A DNA stretch of 64,000 nucleotides from Paraphysomonas bandaiensis. Lineage: Eukaryota > Protista > Chrysophyceae. The translations under genes and the position numbers were made by a program. The stretch lies in assembly GCA_965644295.1 (NCBI GenBank), contig CBFFRP010000431.1:310001-374000 (forward strand), written 5' to 3'. Under the pieces are notes generated by a model that saw only the letters and a program-made list of their open reading frames with translations, ran no database searches and had not been told where the DNA came from. Below are positions 26,249-36,890 of this stretch, piece after piece (positions within the stretch are counted from its first letter, which is position 1; the number at the start of each line of letters is the position of its first letter).

Positions 26249-28630
26249 TTAAAAAGCCGCAGAGACAGTCGCAGCCTGGACGGGTTGAGCACCCTTGATT
26301 TTTGACTCCTTTAGACCCACCCCTGACGAACCACGCTCAATATTGATCGACATGGCACGCTGAAGCTCCTCGTTTGTGATCTGAAAAGCAAAGCTCGCTT
26401 TATTCTGTGTTTCGTTGACTGCCATAACTCCAATAGAGGCACATAGACCCATAGCTGGAGATTTGACGTAGTGTTTGTCATAAACCATCTTATTCATCAC
26501 ACTCTCTACTGTGAGAGAAGAAGGAATGTATGCAGGCAAACCGAGAGTAAGGATAGCATCGTAATGCTTTTCCACACAGGCAGAGTCACAAAGGCCTCTC
26601 ATCAGCGCAACCTCAGCACTCACACACATACCAATTGCCACTGCCTCGCCATGAAGCAATGGGGAGTTAGTCGACCATGACAGCGACTCCACAGCATGCC
26701 CCACTGCGTGGCCATATTGCGGACACATTTCATTGAAGTCAGAGTTGTGATAGTTGTCTAAAGTAGGCGCCTTTATCTCAATACAGTCCTTGCAGATCAT
26801 TTCCAAGTACTCCCCGTCGCGAAAACACGCACTTCCCCGCTTTCGTACAGGTTCCACAATGCGATTAACCATCTCTTCAGACTGACAAAACGCATGTTTA
26901 ATTGCCTCTGCGATGCCGTTTTGTATGTGCCTCGTGCTAAGAGAAGAAACACATTCCGGATCGATTACAACTTTCGACGCAGGATAATAGCACCCCAACA
27001 AATTCTTGCCACGGGAGTGGTTTACCGCCTGTTTGAAGTCTAATGCAGCATCCAGCATGCCCATTGTGGTGGTGGTAAAGTGTACCAAGCCAATGCCGCG
27101 GTACAACATACTCGCCAAAACACCACAGAGATTATTTACCACTCCTCCACCAACTGAAATAATACAGGAGTGCTTTGTAATTCCCTCCTTCAAAATCATC
27201 TCCACACAGTTGTTAAGGACCGTGGTGGTTTTATAAGGCTCCACACTTGCCTCGCCAGACTCATCAGATGTCTCGGCTGGTATAACAACAGCTTTACAAG
27301 TGACCCCTGCTTTCTCCATCGCCTTGATAAAGTTGTTTTCTACGTCCAACACGCGATAAACGATCTCGTCAGTGACAACGTAGTTCTTGGAATCCAGACT
27401 GACGGCCGGTAGAAGTTCACGACAGTACTGATCCAGCTCCTTTATAACTCCTCTCTTCATGAAAATCTCACTCTCGAGTCTGCGGCCATCGCGCCCGAAG
27501 GAGTTCATATACACACCGCGCTCGTCAGTAGAACCGGGTTTTACGAGAGGTTGATTGGGTAGCTCAGGATGTGCAGTCGGCAGCATAATGCGCTCACGGC
27601 GGGAGTCGTATAGATTAAAATCAAACCAGGGTACTTGCACATACCGATGGTGGCGATCCAATTGGTCGAGCATTGCCATCTCGTCCACTGAAAGACACCA
27701 ATCCAAGATATCGATATTAGACTTAATGCGGGAGGTAGTTAAACTCTTGGGAATAACACTGACACCACGTTGAATATTCCAGCGAAGGACAACTTGTCCT
27801 GGGGTTCGATTCAGTGCTTCAGCAATCGATACTACCACTGGATCGTCCAATAAATTTAGATCACCAGGATTTTTATATCCAGGTTTGCCCAGTGGTGAGT
27901 AGGCCACCACGTGAATATCATGAGATTGACAGTATTGCAGTAGATCATTCTGAGCAAGATAAGGATGCATCTCAATTTCATTAGTTATGGGCTTGATTTT
28001 GCATCGCTCGAGAAGGCTCCCCAGAAGAATGTGGTCGAAGTTGGACACACCGAGGCTACGAGTCAGTCCTTTGCGAACGAGGGACTCCATGGCTTTCCAA
28101 GTTTTTGCCAAGGCTTCGACATCACATACGTGAACGACTTCATACTTAAAGCCACCACCAAATTCGTCGGAGACACGGGTACCGGTACCCGATTTCCATT
28201 GAGATGGCCAGTGCATCATATAATTGTCAACGTATGACAGACCCAACCGTTCAAGGGTACCCACTAATGCAGGTTCGACATCCTTAGGGTCATGATCATC
28301 ACACCATAGCTTACTGCATATATAAAGGTCTTCGCGACAAACGAGACCTTCATCAATACACTCTCGTATAGCAGCTCCAACTTCCTTTTCATTCTCATAT
28401 AGTTTTGCAAGATCAAAATGCCGATAACCACATTTTATTGCCTCCTTAACAGCGGAAGCAACTTTATCATGGTCAGTAAAGCTGTTGAATGTTCCAAACC
28501 CTACAAGGGGAGGGAGGATTCGATCGTTTAATGAGTATAAGCTGGATACACTGTTGGATGATTCATTATCTGATTGACTGCTATCCACACAAGTCTCACT
28601 GCTATATCCACGAAGTATCATGTCGTTCAT
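26249..28630 (-). CDS. Fusion: aldo-keto reductase (aa ~38-335) plus 2-deoxy-scyllo-inosose-synthase-like sugar-phosphate cyclase (DHQS superfamily, aa ~385-770)
   Basis: Single 793-aa intronless ORF. AKR motifs: GFGT, GYRHFDLAKLYENE (D, Y), ICSKLW (K), MMHWP (H), LGVSNF, EIEMHPYL, AYSPLG, VIPKS. Cyclase motifs: EPYKT, VGGGVVNNLCG, YRGIGLVHFTTT, DFKQAVNHSRGKNLLGCYYP, GIAEAIKH, QYGHAVGHAVE, LLHGEAVAIGM, YDK. Confidence 0.9.
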   Translation of the reverse strand: MNDMILRGYSSETCVDSSQSDNESSNSVSSLYSLNDRILPPLVGFGTFNSFTDHDKVASAVKEAIKCGYRHFDLAKLYENEKEVGAAIRECIDEGLVCREDLYICSKLWCDDHDPKDVEPALVGTLERLGLSYVDNYMMHWPSQWKSGTGTRVSDEFGGGFKYEVVHVCDVEALAKTWKAMESLVRKGLTRSLGVSNFDHILLGSLLERCKIKPITNEIEMHPYLAQNDLLQYCQSHDIHVVAYSPLGKPGYKNPGDLNLLDDPVVVSIAEALNRTPGQVVLRWNIQRGVSVIPKSLTTSRIKSNIDILDWCLSVDEMAMLDQLDRHHRYVQVPWFDFNLYDSRRERIMLPTAHPELPNQPLVKPGSTDERGVYMNSFGRDGRRLESEIFMKRGVIKELDQYCRELLPAVSLDSKNYVVTDEIVYRVLDVENNFIKAMEKAGVTCKAVVIPAETSDESGEASVEPYKTTTVLNNCVEMILKEGITKHSCIISVGGGVVNNLCGVLASMLYRGIGLVHFTTTTMGMLDAALDFKQAVNHSRGKNLLGCYYPASKVVIDPECVSSLSTRHIQNGIAEAIKHAFCQSEEMVNRIVEPVRKRGSACFRDGEYLEMICKDCIEIKAPTLDNYHNSDFNEMCPQYGHAVGHAVESLSWSTNSPLLHGEAVAIGMCVSAEVALMRGLCDSACVEKHYDAILTLGLPAYIPSSLTVESVMNKMVYDKHYVKSPAMGLCASIGVMAVNETQNKASFAFQITNEELQRAMSINIERGSSGVGLKESKIKGAQPVQAATVSAAF

Positions 28631-30070
28631 ATTGATATCGATTGAATGTTTGATTTGTTATAATTAATAAACTTACTTGCAAGATTGTTATGCATTGAAG
28701 ATTATGAATGTACTGCTAGATCTTAAATCTATGAGCCATCCAACATACAAGAAATCAGAATTTATATATTAGCCAATCAACAAGTAGAAACAATTTCACG
28801 TATTGTAGTTGAGGTCAAAGAGAAGTAAAATGGACGAAGTGTGGACAAAAGATTCATTTGTTATGAAGTAAAGTGAATCTAAGAATTCTATAAGAGGAAA
28901 AAAGAACATTTGTAAGTTAAGAAATTGGATGACGAAGAATATAAGAACTACAAATGATGTACTAAATTCTATAAAATGAGGTGTGAAAAAATATAAAATA
29001 TGAAATATTAAGGAAATTGTATCATAAATCACTATTTTTTTGTAAACTCTATTTTTTTGGTTGAGAAATATCTAAAAATCCCATAAAATATGATAAAAAA
29101 ACTATGAGTACGTTTGATGTGTACTGCTGTATCTTCTGGTGATTCGTAGCTAGCTTATGATGCCATGGGATGCATTGGTCCATTATTTATAGAAGAAACA
29201 TTCATTTCTGAGTGTACTAAATTAAATCATATATTCATGAGTTTGTCTACTGTAAGGGTATTGATTCGTTTACAAGAAAAGTGCTTGTAGTACTCATGAG
29301 AAGTTATTTATGATGAAAGGTTTTGTATAGTCTTTAAATTTGCTGGTTGTGGCATGCAAGTGCCTCGTCCTACGGTATCAAGTTCACTTGTTAAGGCGTA
29401 CTTGCTTCCGCTGCCTGTTACAATCAATCAAACGCTGCGCTGTGTTGAGATTCTGACCTATATCATCATGTCATTATCATTATCTTCTTCTCATGAAGCA
29501 AAACTATTCCCATTTCATCATTTTACGTCCGGGAATATGAGGTTTCTTTCCTACCTTGTATCTTCTTAACTGTCGTTTTGTTATTTTCATTCATTTTCTA
29601 AAAGAACAGTCGTGCAATGTGTTACCAGCGTATCGCCATTGTGTTGATCAATTAAATGAATGTCGGAGTACGACAATGGATTTTGTTGTCTTCTGGCTTT
29701 GTTTTATATATATGAGATTAACAGAACAAACAACAACATGCAATGACTGGAGAACATCAACGAGTTTGATGATGCAGTATGTCGCTATTTGTATTGAAAC
29801 GTCTTGAAAGATGTTAAAACAATTCACAATCATGAGTGTTTTAGATCTGCTTCTGCAGTTGCATGACTTTATGGCAAACTTCGTGAAGCCAACGAATTGT
29901 ATAATCTGTCTCTCAGATTTAGAATAAGCATATGCTGAACGTCTTGGAGTAAGTTTTGAATCTTTAACTAGCTACGTGTAAGTTCTACCGCTTACGATTA
30001 TGTGCAGTACCTAATACTATGCAAAATGATGATACTAAAAATATTTCAATTAAATTGCACTTAATTGGAG

Positions 30071-30114
30071 CAGGGTGTAGTCTATTATAATTGCAATTAT
30101 TATGGCAGCACCTG
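30071..30114. repeat. Short imperfect palindromic dispersed element with CAGG ends
   Basis: cagggtgtagtctattataattgcaattattatggcagcacctg with central palindrome ataattgcaattat; a related fragment caggttgtagtctattattattgcaattat lies at 53710. Confidence 0.5.
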
Positions 30115-30530
30115 TGAAAAATGAAAATGCTTTACTAAGTAAAATATTTTACTATTAACCTTCTCCAAGTCTGTCATTATATCATACAGAGTGTGCCAAA
30201 GAAAGAATTCGGACCGTTATCATCATAAAGTATAAGCTAGGTGCAATTTCATAATAAATTATGATAGTTAATACAATAGTATTCACGAAAATCGTAGGAA
30301 CTTCATTTCTATAGTTCGGGAAAATATTTTAAGTACCGACCTATTCATACATGACATGACGACTTCTCCAACATTTCTAGCCTAATAAGTACTTTTACCT
30401 TGCTTAGTACATAATCTACAATTTGTGATATTTATTTGTTAATTTGAGACACAATATGATGTACAACAGCCTGGATGGCGATGTTAAGATGTTTAACAAC
30501 TAATCTGATCGATATATTATTTACAATTTT

Positions 30531-31307
30531 CTACCACGGCAGTATAGGTACAGAGAGCAAAGATTTCTTTGTGTGCCAGTACAATATATAAAAAGGGCCA
30601 TACAATGTGCCGTAGAAGACGACATTGTTCACAAAAGCAGAATGCTCAGGATCAGCACCAACCTTCTCCAGAATAGATACGATAATGAGAAGGAAGAAGC
30701 TGATTAACACAGCGAGAACAGGGATTGCAAAAAGTGAATACATAACTGCATGATATAAGGCAGTGAGTAGAGATGAAAATGATACGTATCGTTTGTGCCG
30801 TCTGACGTCAATATATAGTAATAGCATGAAAGACATTGCAATAACTGTCACCTTCAGTGCCTCTGAATGAGAAACGGTATCATCAAATCCTAGTAATTTG
30901 AGCAAAACAAAACCGATCGCAATGCACGCAATTCTGAACATATGATGGTAAAAATTACACCTCCAGTCGCTAATACCCCGGAGTAGTACTGTCCATGCAA
31001 CATATATTACACTAACTATAACTATAACTATAGCGCTACTGCCAATTAGTTCACCAACAGCAAGTGTTGGATATGATATTATCACAGCGAGTCGTACAAC
31101 AGCGCTTCGTATGATCTGACTGTGATAAAACAGTATGTTTGAAAGAAGCCAAGGGAGCATATAGTAAACCCCATAATTGTAAGCAAGCACAGCCAATGTA
31201 GAGTCAGTGGAACGACGGTTAACAAAGTCTGTGATGACAAAGACAATAAACAGAGAATTAGACAACTCGAATAGAGTCGCAGCGGTAGAAGATTCCGGGT
31301 CAGTCAT
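30531..31307 (-). CDS. Uncharacterised polytopic membrane protein (~258 aa, roughly 7-8 hydrophobic segments)
   Basis: Intronless ORF; first ATG at 31307 (MTDPESS...); a succession of hydrophobic helices; conserved-looking C-terminal 'FYGTLYGPFYILYWHTKK'. Confidence 0.75.
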   Translation of the reverse strand: MTDPESSTAATLFELSNSLFIVFVITDFVNRRSTDSTLAVLAYNYGVYYMLPWLLSNILFYHSQIIRSAVVRLAVIISYPTLAVGELIGSSAIVIVIVSVIYVAWTVLLRGISDWRCNFYHHMFRIACIAIGFVLLKLLGFDDTVSHSEALKVTVIAMSFMLLLYIDVRRHKRYVSFSSLLTALYHAVMYSLFAIPVLAVLISFFLLIIVSILEKVGADPEHSAFVNNVVFYGTLYGPFYILYWHTKKSLLSVPILPW

Positions 31308-31669
31308 GACTATAAGTTGCACTAATCAAGACCTGGTTGAAATAAGGAATAAGCCTTCTACCTACTTCACTTCCTTTAATTCTTAGGTCTCTTTAAGTAC
31401 ATCTATATGATGCTGCTTAACACTCTGTACACATATATTCATATATACCGGGCGGATATCCGGAATACGTGATATCTATGTATAGCATACAGCAGTGTGG
31501 TGTATACCTGTCGACCTGGTACAGTAACACAGCACACAGCAGTATCTATCTATATATGCGTTAAATTACACACATCAAACATTTTCATAGTAATATCACC
31601 AAATCAAACACCCTTTAAAATATATTGTTATCTAATTTCCATTCTTTTTACATTTTTTACGATTACAAT

Positions 31670-32906
31670 ATGGCAGGGATTGTTCGTTCAATGGTATCTA
31701 AGAAGAAGAAGAGGTTCACAGATGATGGATTTGACCTCGATTTGACATATATAACACCAAGAATTATAGCAATGGGATTTCCATCTTCAGGAGTAGAGGG
31801 GATGTATCGTAAGAGCTTATATTAAGTACTCATCATTGTATTGATCTGTTTGGTTGACAGGAAATCCTCTTCCTGAAGTACAAAAATTTTTCGCTAGAAG
31901 ACATCAAGGGCATTATAAGGTTAAGAGATAATGCTATTCCGTTGTCCGCATAATATGCAATATATAGATATATAATTTATGTAGTGAACGGTCCTATGAT
32001 TTGCAAGGTCGATTCTTCTCGATTGAAGTGTTTCCGTTTGATGACCATAATCCTTGCGCTCTGAAACTTATTGAGAAGTTTTGTGCAAGTGTGGATGCGT
32101 ATTTTGCCTTGCACCCTGACAACGTTGTCGGTATTCACTGCAAAGCGGGTAAAGGGCGAACAGGCACAATGATCGCTGCCTACTTGCTTCACTCAGGCAT
32201 TTGCACAAGTGCTGAGGATGCACTTACTATGTTCGGCCGCGAGAGAACTCACGACGGGAAAGGAGTTACAATACCCAGTCAAATTAGATACGTACATTAT
32301 TACGAGGCTCTTTTACGGCGTAAGGATGTGATCAGCTACACATACCAAATTACGCATATACGCTTCGTGACGGTGCCTAATTTCGACCCTTCGATTACAG
32401 GGGGTGGGTGCGACCCATATGTTGTTGTGAAAATGCTTTTCCCCGAAGACGTTTCTTCTACTTCTGCCGCTGCTACCCCGAGCCAATCTAACAGCTCTAA
32501 TGTATTTAAAATGCGTACGGTTTTTAACCAGCTCAAGGAAGCTGGGAAAGTAAAGAAGTGCTATCCCCATGAGAAGTGCGTTGATCTCGATCTCACTGAG
32601 TTTGACGTTAAAGTTAGGGGTGATGTTAATCTTATGTTTTACGACCACGACACATACTCTTCAGACGATAAGATGTGTCAGATATGGATCAATACCGCTT
32701 TTATAGAGCGAAATTACTTGGTATTTGACAAGAGTGTGATTGACAGAGCCTGCAAAGACAAGCACAACAGAGCATTCGATGCGGATTTCAAAGTAGAGGT
32801 GTATCTTCATCGTGTGGAAGATGACGAGATCAATATCGCGAGCTATGCAGAAGCGGAGGAGATTGAGATGACGCAGGAAGAGGAAGAGGAGGATGAAGAT
32901 GATTGA
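31670..32906 (+). CDS. PTEN: PTEN-type phosphatidylinositol phosphatase (phosphatase + C2 domain); exons 31670-31808, 31861-31919, 31968-32906
   Basis: [43 protein letters not shown] (after splicing), FPFDDHNP, catalytic [22 protein letters not shown]2-domain VRGDV...WINTAF. Introns of 52 and 48 nt restore the frame. Confidence 0.95.
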
Positions 32907-33699
32907 TAAACATCTCGAGATAATATTTCTAGTTTTTAAGTATATATGTTTAGTATATCTGGCAATTTTTCTCTATAATCAATCAGGTATGAACAGTGTT
33001 ATTACTTTGCTCAAGATGGAGCGTGTATTTAGCAAAGTATATGGAGCTGATTTCATATTTTTTCTCACAGAGCTATTTTCACAAGATACTTCTCTGTTTT
33101 ATTGTGGCTGATATTTTCTTGACTACTGTGAGCTTAGAGGCATCGCTCTAGCAAATGTAAATGATGAATCTAGGTTATTTTGACTACCATAAATATAATT
33201 ATGTTCACATATTCTGGACATTTCTTCTATATATATAACATATGTGAGGTTGGATAGATTAGTCTACAAATGGATACGTACTTGGCAGTACAGTTTAGTT
33301 CTGCTCTATGAGAACAATTGAAAGCTCTAGTTATATTGTACTTAGTATTTAAAATTTAAATTATAACTGTTACGAGTAGAACACAGTTGTAGTTTATCGT
33401 CCTATGCCGATAAGTATATAGTGACGAAGTAAAATCATACGAGAAATTAGTGGTAGTAGAGATAACAGGAAATTGGTGCTGACTGATAAGAGATAGAATA
33501 TGAGTTTACCTTCCAGTTGTTTAGTTAATACTTTTCACATAATGTCAAACTTGCTTTGATAAGTACGACGAGTACAAGTCTTTATCTAGAATCTAGAGCT
33601 TCATTCCTTTACAACATTGAATGTGCTTTAAAATTAAACAGTTAAATTGTTCTTATCATTTTTACACATACCAATCTAACTTAGGGGCTATATACAATA

Positions 33700-34467
33700 T
33701 TAGCTTATACCCAAAATGTTTTCTCTAAAGCTCTCCACACCACCAACGGCGGTTTGCAGGTCTGTCATAGTGAGTTCAGACAATCCGTTCGCCGAAAATA
33801 TTTTCATTGTGGCTAAATTATCAGGAATATTACCACTGTAAACTAACTCGCCCCTTTTACCAATTGAACGGCAGAGTGAGATATAGTCCATGTAGCAATC
33901 ATCGGCATCTAGAAGAGCAACAATGCCCGGTGTACCATACAGTATTCCTCCACTGTAACCTCGAGCCCCAGACACCATATCTTTCTCTTTCTTATGTTCT
34001 GGACCTTTCAACAAGTGGTTAAACTTTATAACATGTATTCTATTTGTAGGCTGTTTAGTGCTCTGCTTACAAGAGATTTCAAGTTGCTCGTCAAGCATAT
34101 CTACAGCATATTGCACAATATCCAGTGCACACCCTGTGCTATTTCCTACGAAAGCATTCGAAAACCTTTCTATGTCACGGTTGAGACTATTGATATCGAT
34201 AGCTGTCGTATTTTCACTCCCACAGATCTCCACTTGGAGTGAGTCATCGACAGGGTATTTATGAGGCCACGTTATATTAAGAAGAAATGGCATAGAACTA
34301 TCCTTATGCATATCAATATGACAGGATAATTCCTTAACAGCATTATATCCAGAGCGATATCGTGCTTCAACTTTAGGGGTATCTATTACTAAGGCATAAT
34401 GTGTGCTTAGAGTATCTATGTCCTGTAACTTTGCATTAATCATTCTCTCTATAGTTTCAGAATCCAT
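33700..34467 (-). CDS. RWD-domain protein, RWDD2/DUF1115-like
   Basis: RWD-like 'LLNITWPHKYP' (YP motif). C-terminal 'KFNHLL...KEKDMV...YSGGILYGTPGIVAL' resembles the DUF1115 region. First ATG at 34467. Confidence 0.6.
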   Translation of the reverse strand: MDSETIERMINAKLQDIDTLSTHYALVIDTPKVEARYRSGYNAVKELSCHIDMHKDSSMPFLLNITWPHKYPVDDSLQVEICGSENTTAIDINSLNRDIERFSNAFVGNSTGCALDIVQYAVDMLDEQLEISCKQSTKQPTNRIHVIKFNHLLKGPEHKKEKDMVSGARGYSGGILYGTPGIVALLDADDCYMDYISLCRSIGKRGELVYSGNIPDNLATMKIFSANGLSELTMTDLQTAVGGVESFRENILGIS

Positions 34468-35032
34468 TTTACTATTTGTTTCTCTTAACAATTGACTGTA
34501 CTATAAGATACATACTAATTACTTGCATAAATGTCCACTGCAGAGCAGTTAAAGTGTAGTGAACAACAAGCAACTGATGGTTGCTGGTACTATAAAAGTC
34601 CATATAGCAACTTTCACGTCCTAAAATCAGGGAAAAATAGTTGTCCCTCGTCAAAATATAATATAATTTCCATTAAAAAACCATAAACTACTGGATTTGG
34701 ATTTCCTCCACAGTAGGAGAGTTAGAAAATCAGGATTTTTAGAGACCACAAATATTCCTTATTGAGGTCTTGGTGCTGCAAGTTGAAGATATATCACTTC
34801 ACTCAACTTATTTCTTCTTCTACTATAGGAATCCTACCGGTATATACTCTACCTATATATATGGTATAGTACACTACAGTAATCTCTATAGAAGTCATTC
34901 ATTATCTATGAAATCTGCTGTATACTTCTACACATAATTCTATATACTCATCATTACAGTGTCTCATAATTATCATACCCAACACTTAACTCTTCTATTA
35001 ATCCATATATTCTACTACTAGCTATATTTATA

Positions 35033-36085
35033 ATGGATCTTGTGATCACTATCATAGTAGCAACTATTTTCAGTATCTTACTACCAAAACTCTTATGTAT
35101 ACTTGATAATAGTAATGATATATGGACCAACAGACCCCCTCCTATACTAGCCCGTATTTTTTATGTTGGTGTTCGAAGATTTGCTAAATTCTGGCATCAA
35201 TATGAGATACATGGAATTGAGCATATATCCAAAAAGAACTGTCTATTGGTTGGATACCACTCACGTTGTACTGTTGATGGAGTGTATGCCACTGCTTTTA
35301 CTCACTCGACTACTATTATGTCTCCTATATTCTTTGCCGTCCCATTTTCTAAATACTTATTTAAGCAAATAAATTGTGTCTCGACTCATAGTGAGGGGGC
35401 GTCATCTCGGGAAAGTTTTATTAACACTGTCGTACATGGAGATCGACCAACTCTATTGTTTCCTGGTGGTCACCATGAGTGTTACAAGCCCGCAGCAGAC
35501 AAGCATATAGTGAAATGGAAGAAACTCCCTGGGTATGCCCGTATTCTTCTTTCAGACGATCAGCCAGGTCGTACAACTAGTGTTGTACCTTTTTACACAC
35601 ACAACTGTGAAGATATATATTGGACATCCGAATGGTGGTATGATTTTAGTGGTAAAAATGTAATGAAGGATTTTAAAGACTTCGAGAATGGCAAGCTCTG
35701 GCTTCTACCCTTTATCTTTCCGAAGAGTCTGGCGGCATTAGGTTGCATAATTCTACCCTTACCTGTTAAGCTGGATTTGTACTTTGGTGAACCTGTCATT
35801 CCGAATACAAATGAAAGCCCAACGGATTTTGCGGAACGTGTTCGTCAAGCCACACAGGAGCTTATTGATAGCGTACGGAAAAAGCACAGGGAGAGTGGTA
35901 ATAAGGAAGGAAGGTCTGTTTCTTATATGTTGCAGAGATACCCTATCTATGCACTCTACGTTATTATTCAGAACACGCTAATGTGGTCAACCTTTGTGCT
36001 GTTAAATAGCCTTCTTGTGCCATTCATTATGCTCTTCAGTATCGTTCTGTCAGAGGGACGAAAGACACTGAAAAAGAATAAATAA
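35033..36085 (+). CDS. Membrane acyltransferase of the PlsC/DGAT2 superfamily, TMEM68-like
   Basis: HQYEIHGIEHI, LLVGYHSRCTVD (catalytic H...D), LLFPGGHHE, VVPFYTHN, PVKLDLYFGEPV; N- and C-terminal hydrophobic helices. Confidence 0.85.
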   Translation: MDLVITIIVATIFSILLPKLLCILDNSNDIWTNRPPPILARIFYVGVRRFAKFWHQYEIHGIEHISKKNCLLVGYHSRCTVDGVYATAFTHSTTIMSPIFFAVPFSKYLFKQINCVSTHSEGASSRESFINTVVHGDRPTLLFPGGHHECYKPAADKHIVKWKKLPGYARILLSDDQPGRTTSVVPFYTHNCEDIYWTSEWWYDFSGKNVMKDFKDFENGKLWLLPFIFPKSLAALGCIILPLPVKLDLYFGEPVIPNTNESPTDFAERVRQATQELIDSVRKKHRESGNKEGRSVSYMLQRYPIYALYVIIQNTLMWSTFVLLNSLLVPFIMLFSIVLSEGRKTLKKNK

Positions 36086-36890
36086 TATTGACTTCCTTGT
36101 AGACTTGCAACCGATTTTTCGTGAATTTAGTCTATTTTATCTGTCTGTTGTGTTGGTTGGAGTGATGTAAATATTATAAACGACGCTGGTTTTCTATATA
36201 CTTCTCAATCCTCACCAATATCAATTTAGCGTATACTTTCCTACAGAATGTATTTCCATGATACTAGAAGAAAGTCACTTTAATAATATTAGTAACATTA
36301 TTATTTAGTCATTTACTACTTCAAGTTAGTTAGATGCTTTATATGAACCCATGGTCGGGCCCTATGGCCCTATGGTCTATCCCTCAGCACTAAGCACCAC
36401 AATCCTTAAATGAGTGCTTATATCTGTTATTTAAGTTTACCCATCCATAATGTCAAGTGTTGCTATAATATTGTTTGGTATTATACAATAGCTAAGCGAC
36501 GCGCTATGGAAATATGTATTGCATAGATGCATCACATAGCCAAACTCCCATAAGCACAGTACTAAAGTGCGTATTATTTGTAATGGTTGCAATCCTATTG
36601 CCAACTATGTAACATTTAGTTACCTCGAAGCAGGAAACTATTCTAACTAGTAAATAATATTTTCAGCTACATATATGGTATATTTGTACTTAAACACCAG
36701 TGGCACGCCACAAGAGATAGCATAACGTCGCTTAAATGAAATAAACGTGGTGTGATGTCACTTTACTATTTAGTGATTAGATTATATGTGTACGACGTCC
36801 AAAACATAAACACACACAGAAAATATCTCTATGCAGATCTATGTGTTGGCTACTTCAGTGGCCGATCGTTCAACGATACCTATACTCTAT

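Noticed and set aside
29354-29833. Short ORFs between the fusion gene and the membrane protein
   Set aside because: AT-rich, no motifs and no coherent exon chain.
26080-30080. Composite transposon carrying the AKR-cyclase gene (ctacaccctg at 26080, cagggtgtag at 30071)
   Set aside because: Only 10 bp match, the ends face outward rather than enclosing the gene, and no TSD is seen.
25600-31400. Aminoglycoside, gadusol or mycosporine biosynthetic cluster around the cyclase
   Set aside because: No aminotransferase, glycosyltransferase, O-methyltransferase/MT-Ox or ATP-grasp gene is adjacent, and the cyclase lacks the GHT(F/W)SP motif of EEVS/DDGS. The FkbM gene is ~19 kb away and membrane-anchored.
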